Below the pieces are notes generated by a model. That model ran no database searches, was not told the origin of the DNA, and saw only the letters and a list, made by a program, of their open reading frames with translations. The position numbers and the translations under genes were made by a program. Shown one piece after another: positions 62,853-64,000 of a DNA stretch of 64,000 nt (positions within the stretch are counted from its first letter, which is position 1; the number at the start of each line of letters is the position of its first letter). Where the stretch lies: the NCBI GenBank assembly GCA_963696405.1, contig CAVOJY010000007.1, forward strand, positions 64,332-128,331, written 5' to 3'. The DNA is from an uncultured Chloroflexia bacterium (GTDB lineage: Bacteria; Chloroflexota; Limnocylindria; Limnocylindrales; CSP1-4).

Positions 62853-63254
62853 GTGAAGACGACCGAGATCGAAGTTCGCGCCGGCCGGGACCGGTTGGTC
62901 GACCTGACGGAGGCCTGCGCGCGTTTCGTCGCCGGCGAGGGTGACGGCCTGCTGGTTGTGTTCGCCCCCCACGCCACCGCGGGCATCATCGTCATGGAGC
63001 TGGGGGCCGGCTCGGAGGAAGACCTCCTCGTGACGCTCGATCGACTCCTGCCCCGGGACGACCGCTGGCGCCACCGCCATGGTTCGCCGGGGCACGGAGC
63101 AGACCACGTCCTGCCGCTCCTCGCGTCCCCGTCGGTAACCGTGCCGGTGCTCTCTGGTCGCCTCGCGCTGGGGACCTGGCAGTCAATCGCGCTGGTCGAC
63201 CCGAACGTCGACCGGTCCGAGCGCGTCGTGCGCCTGGGCTTCCTTCCGGGGTAG
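62853..63254 (+). CDS. YjbQ-family protein (UPF0047)
   Basis: PHATAGIIVMELGAGSEEDLL...HGADHVLPLL...LALGTWQSIALVDPN matches the YjbQ pattern. Unusual position between ftsA and ftsZ. Confidence 0.75.
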   Translation: MKTTEIEVRAGRDRLVDLTEACARFVAGEGDGLLVVFAPHATAGIIVMELGAGSEEDLLVTLDRLLPRDDRWRHRHGSPGHGADHVLPLLASPSVTVPVLSGRLALGTWQSIALVDPNVDRSERVVRLGFLPG

Positions 63255-63356
63255 GCGCGCGGCGGGTCCCCCGCGTGCCGCCAATCCCTGCAGGGTAAGG
63301 CGCGCCTGCGGCTATACTTGCGTTTCTTTCAGACGGCAGACAGCCGGAGGGAGCGT

Positions 63357-64000
63357 ATGCCGCTGCGGTCCGATTCCGAAAACTTCGCGCTCATTCGAGT
63401 CCTCGGCATCGGGGGCGGCGGTAGCAACGCCGTCAACCGGATGATTCGAGCTGAGCTCATGGGCGTCGAGTTCATCGCGGTGAACACCGATGCCCAGGCG
63501 CTTCTCCAGTCGGACGCGCCGCACAAGATCCGGATCGGCGACAAGATCACCCAGGGGCTCGGCGCCGGGGGCGACCCGGCCATCGGGCAGCGTTCCGCGG
63601 AGGACGATTCGGAACGCATCCGCGATGCGCTGCGGGGATCCGACATGGTCTTCATCACGGCCGGCCTGGGGGGCGGGACCGGCTCGGGCGCGGCGCCGGT
63701 GATCGCCGAGATCGCGCGCGAGGAAGGCGCGCTCACCATTGGCGTGGTCACCAAGCCCTTCGATTTCGAGGGCCACAAGCGTCGCATGACCGCCGAGAAG
63801 GCCTCCGAGCTGCTGCGCGACAAGGTGGACGCCCTCATCACGATCCCCAACGATCGCCTGCGCGACATCGTGGGAAAGAACACGTCGATCATCGAGGCCT
63901 TCCGGGTCGTGGATGACGTGCTGCGCCAGGGCGTCCAGGGGATCAGCGACCTCATCACCATCCCGGGCCTCATCAACCTCGATTTCGCCGACGTCCGGAC
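63357..64000 (+). CDS. ftsZ: cell division GTPase FtsZ (5' partial, runs off the window end)
   Basis: [23 protein letters not shown] and the tubulin signature [24 protein letters not shown]. Confidence 0.95.
   Translation, partial: MPLRSDSENFALIRVLGIGGGGSNAVNRMIRAELMGVEFIAVNTDAQALLQSDAPHKIRIGDKITQGLGAGGDPAIGQRSAEDDSERIRDALRGSDMVFITAGLGGGTGSGAAPVIAEIAREEGALTIGVVTKPFDFEGHKRRMTAEKASELLRDKVDALITIPNDRLRDIVGKNTSIIEAFRVVDDVLRQGVQGISDLITIPGLINLDFADVR

Overview
This is a roughly 70% GC bacterial chromosomal segment that is almost entirely core/housekeeping in content. I found no CRISPR array, transposase, integrase or phage genes. Genes identified, left to right: partial lipoprotein (minus strand), TrxB C-terminal remnant, UbiA prenyltransferase, ABC-2 exporter pair, RibD_C reductase, type-II NADH dehydrogenase followed in-frame by a YciI-like gene, manA, glyoxalase, a DGPF/YCII protein with an ECF sigma factor (COG4941-like), SAM methyltransferase, azlCD with an HAD hydrolase, membrane proteins, a SpoT-like HD hydrolase, a lipoprotein with four tandem META domains, AAA_28 ATPase, VapBC, MFS transporter, cupin, dnaG-rpoD, an orphan Flp pilin, tRNA-Asn(GTT), a SagB-type nitroreductase lipoprotein, a Tag-HAD fusion, a second UbiA, parAB next to DnaA-box-like sites, methylmalonyl-CoA mutase with its epimerase, sucCD, LysR, EamA, sdhCDAB, rnhA, SulP, RNase P RNA, and a dcw cell-division cluster (mraZ to ftsZ) that lacks murE and murC. 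The most striking thing in the sequence is the number of apparent single-base frameshifts at G/C homopolymer runs (sigma factor, flp, sucC, lysR, mraZ, rsmH, murD, probably manA). They are far denser in murG-murB-ddl (57.1-59.7 kb), which is either an assembly-error hot-spot or real gene decay. All annotation rests on my own reading and family recognition. No database search was possible.
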